In this document: piece by piece, positions 48,549 through 58,005 of the stretch | Numbering within the stretch: the stretch's first letter is position 1 | How the letters are laid out: every line of letters starts with the position of its first letter | Virus record (IMG/VR): IMGVR_UViG_3300035498_000944 | Origin: a virus | Taxonomy: Duplodnaviria > Heunggongvirae > Uroviricota > Caudoviricetes | Length of the DNA: 59,558 nucleotides | Reading direction: 5' to 3' (one strand) | The notes under the pieces: generated by a model | Seen by the model: the letters and a program-made list of their open reading frames with translations, nothing else | Database searches by the model: none | What the model was told of the DNA's origin: nothing | Made by a program: the position numbers and the translations under genes

Positions 48549-49276
48549 TTACCTGCATATTCTTTCTGTAGATCTTGAGCATAACCATAACGTGTATTTG
48601 TATTATCTACTTTAGGTTTTTCATACTCTGTACATATAAAATGTGTAATCTCATATAGAGTATGATCTGCTTCTAGATACGACTTGAATTTAGGTGCACT
48701 CATAAGCTCCCACATAGTTTCAAGCTGAGGTTCTGGGTCACCTATAGATTTACCCATTTTCTTTGCATTATCAACCAATTGTTTTGCAATAGACCAATAT
48801 GTAAAACCTATTAAGCCAAAGCCAGTACTTGATCCTGGCTTTGAATACCACCAAGTATTACCACCATTATCTACTGTAGATATAAAGTCTAGAGTCTTTT
48901 GACTAGGAGTACTACCATAGTCACCTTCTAATCGTTTAAATGTTAAATTAGATTCAGCCTTAAAATTGCCCATCAATCCGAATATTGCATTATCTGATAG
49001 ACCTTTGCCTTTTAGAAAGTAATATACCTTATCAGCATCAGTATCTCCTTTCAAAGTAGTACTATCTGATGTGTCATCAGAAGATTCTACAGCACTACCT
49101 GACTCGGTGGAATCCACAACAGTAGACGTAACATCCACTACTTTAGTAGAGCTCAAATATAGACTTTTATTTAATAAATCCGTTTCATCCTCAAATAGTG
49201 CTGGTATAAAGTTAACTACTAAAATAACACATGATATAAATGTAATTGCTACAACTATCCTTAGGGGATTACGCAT
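48545..49276 (-). CDS. YLSSTKV-anchored phage-tail-lysozyme-family muramidase
   Basis: KGLSDNAIFGLMGNFKAESNL, GFGLIGFT, QLETMWEL, EYEKP, RYGYAQ. Confidence 0.85.
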   Translation of the reverse strand: MRNPLRIVVAITFISCVILVVNFIPALFEDETDLLNKSLYLSSTKVVDVTSTVVDSTESGSAVESSDDTSDSTTLKGDTDADKVYYFLKGKGLSDNAIFGLMGNFKAESNLTFKRLEGDYGSTPSQKTLDFISTVDNGGNTWWYSKPGSSTGFGLIGFTYWSIAKQLVDNAKKMGKSIGDPEPQLETMWELMSAPKFKSYLEADHTLYEITHFICTEYEKPKVDNTNTRYGYAQDLQKEYAGK

Positions 49277-49294
49277 TTATGGAATAACCTCCTT

Positions 49295-50176
49295 TTAGAG
49301 ATAATCCTTCTTCAAAGCTACTTGCTTGGTAGAACCTGAGGATGCAGCTGTCTTACTTGTGGTCTTTGCATTAGTAAACATTGCCTTGAAGAAATCCTTC
49401 ATAGTGACTTTCTGTCCTTTGCATGCTGCACCAATAAGACTCTTAAATGTTATAAATGCTATACCGCCAGATACAGGTATAGTCAAAAGAAGACCTGCAC
49501 CTGAGAAGTCTAACAAGTGAACGAAGCTACCTGCAATGTTACTAATAAGAGCTGTTATCATTGATCTACCCTTGACCATCTCAGCCATTGTAAGATCTAA
49601 TCCAGTAAGTTCCTTGTACTTCTTCTTAAAGGACATTTGGAATATGAGCATAGCAACACCCATATCATCCAACATACCGACACCGGGTATCTCATCCACT
49701 ACAAGATCTATAGGGGATAGATAATAAATAAGTGCAAGGATTAATGGAACTCTCATAGCTCTAAGAAGTTCTAATATATCAACTTGTGGAATATCACGAT
49801 CATCTCTATCATGCATCATATTTACGAAAGTACCTGCACCTTTGTTAGCAGCATCATGTGCACTACTCTTTACCTTGTCCATAGTTGAAGGCTCCTGACT
49901 AGATGCAACCATTTGCTTCTCAGGTACCTTATGCTGCTGACAAGTTGATTTAGCTGGAGTACTCTCTGTTTGTACTGGCTTTGGTGTAGATTTATCAGAT
50001 GTCTCAACATCTGAATTTAAAGCATAAGCATTAGAAGAATCTATACCACCAGAGTTGCTAGAAGTAACATTTTGTGTTGTAACAGTCTGAACTGTATGGA
50101 CAGTATTACAAGAACTATTGCTTGTGTTGTTTGTGTTACTACTATTTGTTGTTTCATTTTGAGTAGTATCAGGCAT
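49295..50176 (-). CDS. YkvA/DUF1232 membrane protein with a low-complexity N-terminus
   Basis: ALIYYLSPIDLVVDEIPGVGMLDD. Confidence 0.8.
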   Translation of the reverse strand: MPDTTQNETTNSSNTNNTSNSSCNTVHTVQTVTTQNVTSSNSGGIDSSNAYALNSDVETSDKSTPKPVQTESTPAKSTCQQHKVPEKQMVASSQEPSTMDKVKSSAHDAANKGAGTFVNMMHDRDDRDIPQVDILELLRAMRVPLILALIYYLSPIDLVVDEIPGVGMLDDMGVAMLIFQMSFKKKYKELTGLDLTMAEMVKGRSMITALISNIAGSFVHLLDFSGAGLLLTIPVSGGIAFITFKSLIGAACKGQKVTMKDFFKAMFTNAKTTSKTAASSGSTKQVALKKDYL

Positions 50177-50260
50177 ATTATCAACTCCTTCTACTTTATA
50201 ATCAGAACTTGTATTTATCTATATCTGTTGCTAATTTAATCACTACTATTATCATTCTGA

Positions 50261-52744
50261 TTAAATTTTATTCTTTCTCTGTTGACGTTGATTTTGTTTA
50301 TCTATCCAGTTTCTTTGATAGGAACCAGCTAGTTGTTTACCATATTTAAACACACCTAAGAATTGCATATAAACTACTGTACCTATTATGAAGGTTAGTA
50401 AGTAAGGAATAAGCTGTAATAGTATAAGTGTGAGATAACCAACTGCAAAAGTTATAGCTGAAGTTATATATAGCTTTGGTTTAGGTATACCTGCAAGTTT
50501 AAAGAACTTCAAAGCTGGAGTTTGAGCAACAGCATCGTTAGAGATTTTATCGTCAAGCAAATCTGTAAACGGACCATTACTAAACACAATATTAAAGGTT
50601 GCTTTAACTAACACAGGGTATCCCCATAATGCAAGGACTAAGCCTACAAAGAAACCAAGACCTTGTTTAATAAATGTTATTATATAAGCACCCATTGTTG
50701 CTAAAAGGAAAGTTAAGAATAACCTTGGTAAAAACTTAAGCAGTATCTTTAGAGCATTATCAGCTTGAGTAGGATCAATGTATTTTTCCTGACTCTCTGT
50801 AGCTGGTTGTTTTTGTTGTACTGGCTGAGTTTGCTTAGGAGTACTTAACTGATTTGTCTGAGTTGACTGTTCTTTAGGTTTCTGAGCTGGTTGTGTAGTC
50901 TGAGGTTTTGTATTCTGTGAAGGCGTATTTGTAGATGTTGGATTTTTATCAGCACCTTTAACCATGTTCACAGATTTATCACCATACTTGTCAATATGCT
51001 CCTGTGTAATAGTAGTACCACTAGGTACATGAGCTTGAGCAGCAGTGACTGCTGTTATACTTGATTTATATTGATCAATCATAGACTTCATCTCAGCATT
51101 TTGAATCTGAAGATCTTTAACAACTTTAGACATTTCCGTAAGTTGTTTTTTAAGTTCATCAACTTCATTCTTAGCGTAAGGGTTAGAGGAATCTATACAA
51201 GTCTTTGTAGTTGCAGTAGCTGTTCCTGTCTTAGAAGCATGGCTGCTGGTTGACTTGGAAGCTTCTTTAATACTTGTATAATAATCACGTATTTTACTAA
51301 GCATAGATGGGGTGTGAAAACCATACATCTGCGATATTAACAATATCGTAAAAGACCATCTTATAGCAGTTTCATCAAGTTTACAACCGTAATCTTGTAC
51401 AGCCTTCATATCAGATTCAGCACACCTTAGTAACTCTTTAGAGTCTTTGATGTTCTTATACTCGGCTGTTGCAGAAGCTACTTTGTAATAGTTTAGGAAT
51501 ATGTTGTCTACAGCATCAGATAACTGACCATCTTTATACTTTACAGATAAGGCTATTAGCTTCTTTACACACTCATCTGTATCTGAAGCATAATGTTCTC
51601 TTAGATATGTATGAACAGCTTTTACTTCTTCTTTGGCAGACATACCGGATGAAGATGTAGGAGGTGTAATTGTTGTAAATTGAGCTGATGGTTTAGATGT
51701 ATTTGTAGAAGATGCCTGAGTATTTGTAGAAGATGGTTTAGTATTTGCAGAAGATGACTTAGAGGTATTTGTAGAAGATACTTGTGTATTTGAACTCTTA
51801 CCTATATTGTCCTCTGTAGCTGTTTTAACAATACACTTCTTGACTATTTTAGCATCACCATGTATGTTGTAAATAGTTATAATACCAGGTTCTATATTTA
51901 CAACTTTATTCCCTTCACCTTCAAATACAGCGTAATTAAAATCCTTTCCACTTTTATAATAATTTTTAACGAATTTAAGATCTTTAGCATCATAAAGTGG
52001 AGCTATAAACTCTGCATCTTTTATTACGTTAGTATCAGTCTTTATCCATAAATGAACTGCACCATCAGAACCGGATGGGCTAACATTGATGTATGAAGAA
52101 GCAACGCAAGCTTCGTAAGCTTTCCATCCATTTGGAGGATTCTTCCTATCCTTAAACTTCATTTGGTCTAATCTTAAAGATGACTTAGAGGATGAAGATG
52201 TTTGAGATGATGAACCTTGTGGTTTAGTAGTTGATTGTGAACTTCTAGCTTGAGAAGCTGAAGTTTGAGGCTTAGTATCTTGAGGCTTGTGAACTGTAAG
52301 TTCTGTAGGTTTAGAACTTTGTGCATTTGAAGATGACTCGGTCTTATTGCTTGGACCATCTTCTACAGTTACAATACATTTACGTTCAACTTTTATATCG
52401 CCTAAAGCATTTGCCCACCCAATCTTACCAGGGGTTATAGAGGTTACTGTATTACCAGTACCCTTTATCTCAACTATTGCTGAAGGACCCCGACCTGCTA
52501 AGTATCCTTTAATGTCTTTTACTTTGCCATTATAAAGTGGAAATACATACTCAGAGTTTGATGGTGGAAAGCTTGTAGTATTTACCCAAATTGGTATAGT
52601 TAAACTATCAGGATCACTTCTCATATATACGCATGGTGAAGCAGCAGCTAATCCTATATCTAATGCCATATATCCTGGTGGTGGCGTTTTTCTTTGTTTC
52701 CATTGCATTTGTTCCAATGATAAAGCCATATATGATTCCCCCAT
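50261..52744 (-). CDS. Large membrane protein with a duplicated N-terminal domain, S/T/Q linkers, coiled coil and C-terminal TMs
   Basis: LSLEQMQWKQRKTPPPGY and LRLDQMKFKDRKNPPNGW begin two similar ~125-aa units. Confidence 0.75.
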   Translation of the reverse strand: MGESYMALSLEQMQWKQRKTPPPGYMALDIGLAAASPCVYMRSDPDSLTIPIWVNTTSFPPSNSEYVFPLYNGKVKDIKGYLAGRGPSAIVEIKGTGNTVTSITPGKIGWANALGDIKVERKCIVTVEDGPSNKTESSSNAQSSKPTELTVHKPQDTKPQTSASQARSSQSTTKPQGSSSQTSSSSKSSLRLDQMKFKDRKNPPNGWKAYEACVASSYINVSPSGSDGAVHLWIKTDTNVIKDAEFIAPLYDAKDLKFVKNYYKSGKDFNYAVFEGEGNKVVNIEPGIITIYNIHGDAKIVKKCIVKTATEDNIGKSSNTQVSSTNTSKSSSANTKPSSTNTQASSTNTSKPSAQFTTITPPTSSSGMSAKEEVKAVHTYLREHYASDTDECVKKLIALSVKYKDGQLSDAVDNIFLNYYKVASATAEYKNIKDSKELLRCAESDMKAVQDYGCKLDETAIRWSFTILLISQMYGFHTPSMLSKIRDYYTSIKEASKSTSSHASKTGTATATTKTCIDSSNPYAKNEVDELKKQLTEMSKVVKDLQIQNAEMKSMIDQYKSSITAVTAAQAHVPSGTTITQEHIDKYGDKSVNMVKGADKNPTSTNTPSQNTKPQTTQPAQKPKEQSTQTNQLSTPKQTQPVQQKQPATESQEKYIDPTQADNALKILLKFLPRLFLTFLLATMGAYIITFIKQGLGFFVGLVLALWGYPVLVKATFNIVFSNGPFTDLLDDKISNDAVAQTPALKFFKLAGIPKPKLYITSAITFAVGYLTLILLQLIPYLLTFIIGTVVYMQFLGVFKYGKQLAGSYQRNWIDKQNQRQQRKNKI
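51699..51792. repeat. Coding tandem repeat GTATTTG(T/C)AGAAGAT, period 21-24 nt
   Basis: Copies at 51699, 51720, 51741, 51765 and a partial one at 51786; encode SSTNT/SSANT repeats. Confidence 0.8.
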
Positions 52745-52756
52745 TTAAAATTTTAC

Positions 52757-53524
52757 TTATTGTGTAACTTCATATTGGCTGTAGGAAGAATCAATAGTAA
52801 ATCCTATATTCATTGCAAAACTCCATACAGTTTCCAATTCTGTATGATCTCCCACATAAATATAAATATAGCTAATACTCTTAGGAGAAGTATATTCAAA
52901 TAATATTGCACGAAGCAACCAATCTAAAGCTTCCTTGCTCGTGTAATCTATATTCTCAATTATGCAATTATTGTTTTCTGCTAGATTATATTCATTAGAA
53001 TGAAGTGACACTCCAGTTACAACTTCATCATGAATACTTAATGTATCTACGACTGCCTTAGCTAATATATGAAAATCCTTAGTAATTGATATGTTACACA
53101 GATTATCATTCTTCAACTTAGAGACCTCTATACCAGCAGGTGTATCATAATCAATAATCATTCTGTTAGTACTTTTAAATTTTATAGTATAACTTGTCGT
53201 TATGTATTTTAATGTTATAGGTTCTATAAGCATTACTATCTTTTCAAATAATGGTGCAATCTTTTCTGATATAATAATTTTATCTAATGCATTTAATGGA
53301 ATCTCTGATGTATACCCGGCTAATACAGACACCTGCTTGCTAGGAGCTACAGAGTCATTTGCAATAACCAGTAATGTTCTTTTTATTCTAACACATACAA
53401 TATCGTATTGTAAAAGAGTTAAAGAAATGTCTTTCAACTTATGCCCTGTTACAAATCTTGTAAAAGCTAAAAGATCTGATACAGATAATATAGATCGTAT
53501 GTGCTCTAAATCACATGATCTCAT
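52757..53524 (-). CDS. Hypothetical protein
   Basis: 255-aa ORF with AAGGAGG RBS. Confidence 0.7.
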   Translation of the reverse strand: MRSCDLEHIRSILSVSDLLAFTRFVTGHKLKDISLTLLQYDIVCVRIKRTLLVIANDSVAPSKQVSVLAGYTSEIPLNALDKIIISEKIAPLFEKIVMLIEPITLKYITTSYTIKFKSTNRMIIDYDTPAGIEVSKLKNDNLCNISITKDFHILAKAVVDTLSIHDEVVTGVSLHSNEYNLAENNNCIIENIDYTSKEALDWLLRAILFEYTSPKSISYIYIYVGDHTELETVWSFAMNIGFTIDSSYSQYEVTQ

Positions 53525-53581
53525 ATGGACCTCCTTTTATAACTGTTATTAGTGATTTAATTGGAAATAATAACAATCATA

Positions 53582-53603
53582 GAGAGGTGACTTAACACCT
53601 CTC
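53582..53603 (-). terminator. Perfect 8-bp hairpin with TTAAGT loop
   Basis: Minus strand GAGAGGTG-TTAAGT-CACCTCTC, just after the stop of 53612..54577. Confidence 0.7.
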
Positions 53604-53611
53604 ATTTTATC

Positions 53612-54577
53612 TTAAGAAATAGGCAATGTTAATCTTACATGGGTAGCACTAATCTTTTCAAATGTTACCTGACCATTATAATCTGATATTGCCATCCATC
53701 CATCAGTAGTATGAATGGTATTGTTGTTGAGAATCTTAATGTAATATTTATCATCTTCAAACTTTACTTTAATAGGTACTTTTATACCATCTGGTCTATA
53801 CCACGCACCAGACGTACACAAACCTTCTGAGTTAACTTCTTTAGGCTTTACAAATATTTCAAGATAAGCATGTGTGTCGTTAGATGGTTTCTGTCCCCAA
53901 GCTGTACTTAAAGTCCAAGGTGCTGTATCTGCAGTATATGAGAGTAAACCTCTATACATATATGTTGCTGGGACTTTGAATGCATCTAAACCAAGAACAG
54001 CTTCTTCAAAACTATCCAAGTCATTCTCGTCCTCATCGAGCTTTAGTTGAGATGTGTTTACTACACGCTTACCTGACATAGCAGTTACACTATAGCCAGA
54101 AGTATCTGTTTTATAAAAGCTTGCTGAGATATTAGCTGTAGATATATCATCACTAAGCAGATCACTATATTCAGACATATACATTAAAGGCTTACTCAGT
54201 GAAGATTGTATGTAGTCAAAGTAGTCATATTCATCTGAAGATGATCCATTGTTGAGTCTTACCATCTCAGTTGTTGGATAATATACATTCTTACCAGAAA
54301 TAAGAATATTATTGAAATATGATGAACGACCCTTAGCATCAGAATATCTTATGGAAGCAACCTGATAATTATTTGTGATGTTAGTGATTGTTATAGTAAC
54401 AGTTCTTGCTAATGAACTCGTTTCATTTATAGGAGTATTCTCCTTATAAGTGAGAGTACATGTGTTATAATCCGCAGTACCTGCTAACATTTTATGGAAC
54501 TTGTTTGTATCAGATACACTACATCCAGTACAAAGAAGTGTGACTAAAAATGTTAGCATTAAAAATATCTTTCTCAT
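53612..54577 (-). CDS. Lipoprotein
   Basis: CTG-C lipobox; 321 aa. Confidence 0.75.
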   Translation of the reverse strand: MRKIFLMLTFLVTLLCTGCSVSDTNKFHKMLAGTADYNTCTLTYKENTPINETSSLARTVTITITNITNNYQVASIRYSDAKGRSSYFNNILISGKNVYYPTTEMVRLNNGSSSDEYDYFDYIQSSLSKPLMYMSEYSDLLSDDISTANISASFYKTDTSGYSVTAMSGKRVVNTSQLKLDEDENDLDSFEEAVLGLDAFKVPATYMYRGLLSYTADTAPWTLSTAWGQKPSNDTHAYLEIFVKPKEVNSEGLCTSGAWYRPDGIKVPIKVKFEDDKYYIKILNNNTIHTTDGWMAISDYNGQVTFEKISATHVRLTLPIS

Positions 54578-54682
54578 AATCTAGTCCTTTCTATATCATA
54601 AATGTATTTAATGATATACTTTTAAAGTTCTGTAGGATCTTAGATTACAAGATACAAACACTAAGATCATTTTATCTTCTTC

Positions 54683-54720
54683 TCATTATATATGGATCAC
54701 CAGATAAAAATTTTCCTCAG
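54683..54720 (-). promoter_or_regulatory. Putative element-specific promoter, copy 3
   Basis: Minus strand CTGAG-GAAAATTTTTATCTGGTGA-TCCATATATAATGA. Confidence 0.75.
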
Positions 54721-54725
54721 ATTTC

Positions 54726-56753
54726 TTATACACCTTCAGATTTTGTTGCATCAACAACTCTGAAGACACTACTGTTAACAACATCCTTAGGTACAAATGC
54801 TTTAATAGCAGCTGAAGTTGTATTTCTATTTAAGCGATTTACAACAAGAAAAGTTCTATCATAATCACTATTGACATTTATATCATCCATAATAGGTTCA
54901 AACTCTTCCATGGAGTATTCATTAACAAGGTAATCTTTGTTAGCTTTTGTTAATCTACCAAGAACCCATATGTTTATATTTTCTAGAATAATTTCAGCAC
55001 TCTTGTCACCTTTAAGACCAGAGATAGAGTTACCTAACATTATGTTAATCTGATTCTGTGCTCTACGTAAAGACATAGCTTCTGCATACATTTCACGAAG
55101 AACAGCATTAGCAAGCTGGGATTCTTCCATTACATAAATTGTATGTAGACCTTGTTTCTTGTTGTTAGCAACATAAGCATCTGTTACTAATTTGGAGAAG
55201 AAATACTTAAGACTTGTAGTAACCTCATCAGCTACACGAGTATCTGAAAGCATACCAAAATCAAATGTAACAACACGAGAATTGAGGACAGAAGAAATAT
55301 CAAATTCTCTTCTAAACAAATCTGATCCAGTACCTGTAGGTGACATGTAAGTTTTAAAGTTAAGTATAACATCTTCTATAACATCAGAATATATGTTTCT
55401 GATAGATGGCGATACAAATGTCATAAAATACTCAAATACTTTGAATGGGGTAAGCTGACTTGAACGTTCCCATGTATTTGGGTTCTCTGCCACAACACCA
55501 ACCTGTAAGTAAAGTGTTTGTAAAAACTCTTCCATTAGAGATGCAACTTTTACTCTATTATGCTCTGTGGGATTACATATGAGCATAAGAACAGTTTTGG
55601 TTATACGCATATTCTCATTATAGTATTCCATTACTGGTTTACCATTAATAGCATTTTTATCTAATTTAAAAGTATTAATATAGAATGTTGCACCAGGCTT
55701 CATAGATATTACGGAACCATTACAAGACTCTGTAAATGATGTGAATTCATTACCCTTAACATCAGTGATTGAAATTCTGTAATCCTGAGTAAATGCATCA
55801 AGAAGCCATGTAAGAACTAAGAATGTCTTACCTTCACCAGATGGTCCTAGTACATAAAAATTCTTAGCACGAGCAGTACCTTTCAAATCAATAAGATAAG
55901 GGTTCTCACTCATTCTATCAATACCTAACAGCAAGCCTATCTCATCATTTAGACCCTGTGTTGTAGGCAATAACTCTGCAATAGAGTTGCCTGTTCCAAC
56001 AACATACGGAATGTCTTTAGATGCTGAGTTTGCTCTATTTATTATAGGGGACATAAAGTCAAAATAATGAGTCAAATTTGACTTTATGATTTTAGCTTCA
56101 ATGTTGTATTCACCTAAATATCCCATAGCGGCTTTTAAAGCTTTCTGAAGGATAGAGTTCTGTTTTGCTCGAATAGTTACAAATACACGAGCAATATATG
56201 TTGTCTTTCCAGACTTCATGGTTTCATAGGAGAATACCATCCAAGCATTTCGTTCCTTGACATGATCAGCTATCTTATCTGAATCCAAAGAATCTTTTAA
56301 TGCTTGCATACGATTCTTTAAGGCTAAGTCACCAAAGTCTAATTCGTACTTCGAAGCCTTCATTGTAACATCCACAATAACAGATGGCTGTATAGTTTTT
56401 ATATGATGTAATAGCTCAGAGCAAACACCAAGAACCGTATCCAAAGAAAACTCCTCAATAAGAATAACAGAACTTATGTAGTCCTTTGTTACATACACAT
56501 TATCACCTATAAAGATTTCGTCGCCAATATCAGGAGGAATTGTTCCCATATCAGATCTAAAGTGTGCTAACAATGTATTAATCCACATAGATGCTGTGGG
56601 CATGAAATTAACTTTTCGATTTTTCTTCCTGACCTTAGCAATATTGCCTTTAGCAGGTACAGCTGGCTGTTTTTGCTGAGCTTTCTTTAAATTAGGTTTT
56701 TGACTCTTCTTAGAAGAAAGGCTCTTCTTTCTTTTCTTTGTAGGTTTAGCCAT
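54726..56753 (-). CDS. VirB4/TraE-like conjugation ATPase
   Basis: YVLGPSGEGKT, ITDVKGNEF, YINTF, VVTFDFG, YVMEESQ, ILENINIWVLG. Confidence 0.82.
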   Translation of the reverse strand: MAKPTKKRKKSLSSKKSQKPNLKKAQQKQPAVPAKGNIAKVRKKNRKVNFMPTASMWINTLLAHFRSDMGTIPPDIGDEIFIGDNVYVTKDYISSVILIEEFSLDTVLGVCSELLHHIKTIQPSVIVDVTMKASKYELDFGDLALKNRMQALKDSLDSDKIADHVKERNAWMVFSYETMKSGKTTYIARVFVTIRAKQNSILQKALKAAMGYLGEYNIEAKIIKSNLTHYFDFMSPIINRANSASKDIPYVVGTGNSIAELLPTTQGLNDEIGLLLGIDRMSENPYLIDLKGTARAKNFYVLGPSGEGKTFLVLTWLLDAFTQDYRISITDVKGNEFTSFTESCNGSVISMKPGATFYINTFKLDKNAINGKPVMEYYNENMRITKTVLMLICNPTEHNRVKVASLMEEFLQTLYLQVGVVAENPNTWERSSQLTPFKVFEYFMTFVSPSIRNIYSDVIEDVILNFKTYMSPTGTGSDLFRREFDISSVLNSRVVTFDFGMLSDTRVADEVTTSLKYFFSKLVTDAYVANNKKQGLHTIYVMEESQLANAVLREMYAEAMSLRRAQNQINIMLGNSISGLKGDKSAEIILENINIWVLGRLTKANKDYLVNEYSMEEFEPIMDDINVNSDYDRTFLVVNRLNRNTTSAAIKAFVPKDVVNSSVFRVVDATKSEGV

Positions 56754-56757
56754 ACAA

Positions 56758-58005
56758 CTACACCTCCAAAGTATGAATAAGTTTCTTTACTGTATCCATT
56801 TCAGAATAATATCTTATCTTATCTTGCGCAGACATATTATCAAAATCATCAATGTAATTAATATGTAAACTTTGACTTGAATAGGATAATATGTTGGACA
56901 ATGGATATTGATAATTGAAATTGTCCTGCAAGTCAGACATAGTATAGACTGGCTTTACTTTATCATTTCTTAAATAGATATTATCGGAACCTGTTCTATC
57001 CCAAATAATTAAGTACTCATGCTGAGCAGTATTAAGAATTATAGATGACATAATATCTTTTTGATAGCCAACCATTATAATATCTGAATACTTTAAGTCA
57101 CCATGTGTCAATCTGTTATGTGGAACAAAGTTACTAAACAAGTTATTAGCCATCTGAAAAGCACCAGGTCTTTCAATAACCAAACATCTTGTATGTGATG
57201 AGTTCAAAGTATTCATTATCTGCTGAATATAATATATTAAACTCTGAGTATATTTTACAGGAGATATCTCTTTTATATAAAGAACCTTTCTGTAAGATAT
57301 GACTTCTGGTGCAAATCCAGAGTTACCAATATCTTCATATGGAATTGAGTACTGATAATTTATTTTAGCAATAAGTTCATTATATCTATCAATAAGAACT
57401 TGATTTCTATCTATAGCAAGATTTAATTGTTTTTCATAAGCAACAACCTTCTCATTTAGAGATTGGTTCTCAAGCTGCAATGATGACATCTTATTACTCA
57501 AAGACCACTTATCCAAAGTTGATTTGTGATACTGATCTAATAATGTATTCATAAACTCCATTGAGTTTTTAGGATTAGAGAGTATATAAGATACCATATC
57601 TTCAGAGTTTACAGAGTTAAGTCTGAAGTCTCTATAGAGTACATCATTATGATTTGTTGAGAGTGTTCTTTCTCTATTATGCAATGTCATAAGCACGGAA
57701 GAAACTCTTGTAGGTGATACCCAGTCTTCACGAATTGTAAAAGTATTTGCTATATCGAACTCAACTTGTTTGCCTATAAGGACTATATCCAAGTCATTAC
57801 GAACAGCTAAGATGTCACTGACACATCCTTCTACATTTTCAGAACCAAGAATGTTGTTTATAAAATCATCTGTAAGTGCAAGGATTGTAGTTGTCTCTTC
57901 ATAAGCTCGTTGATAAAATTCTTCGACTGTTACAAAGACAAAGAACATACCATCGTACATTGGAACCTTATTAAGAGAGTCCTTTGACATACCTATGCAA
58001 ATCAT
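56758..58005 (-). CDS. Coiled-coil protein next to VirB4 (start re-set to 58005)
   Basis: GGAGG RBS before ATG 58005; central coiled coil. Confidence 0.68.
   Translation of the reverse strand: MICIGMSKDSLNKVPMYDGMFFVFVTVEEFYQRAYEETTTILALTDDFINNILGSENVEGCVSDILAVRNDLDIVLIGKQVEFDIANTFTIREDWVSPTRVSSVLMTLHNRERTLSTNHNDVLYRDFRLNSVNSEDMVSYILSNPKNSMEFMNTLLDQYHKSTLDKWSLSNKMSSLQLENQSLNEKVVAYEKQLNLAIDRNQVLIDRYNELIAKINYQYSIPYEDIGNSGFAPEVISYRKVLYIKEISPVKYTQSLIYYIQQIMNTLNSSHTRCLVIERPGAFQMANNLFSNFVPHNRLTHGDLKYSDIIMVGYQKDIMSSIILNTAQHEYLIIWDRTGSDNIYLRNDKVKPVYTMSDLQDNFNYQYPLSNILSYSSQSLHINYIDDFDNMSAQDKIRYYSEMDTVKKLIHTLEV

Noticed and set aside
51699-51792. CRISPR-like repeat array
   Set aside because: Spacers are only 6-9 nt, the period is a multiple of 3 inside a coding linker, and there are no cas genes.
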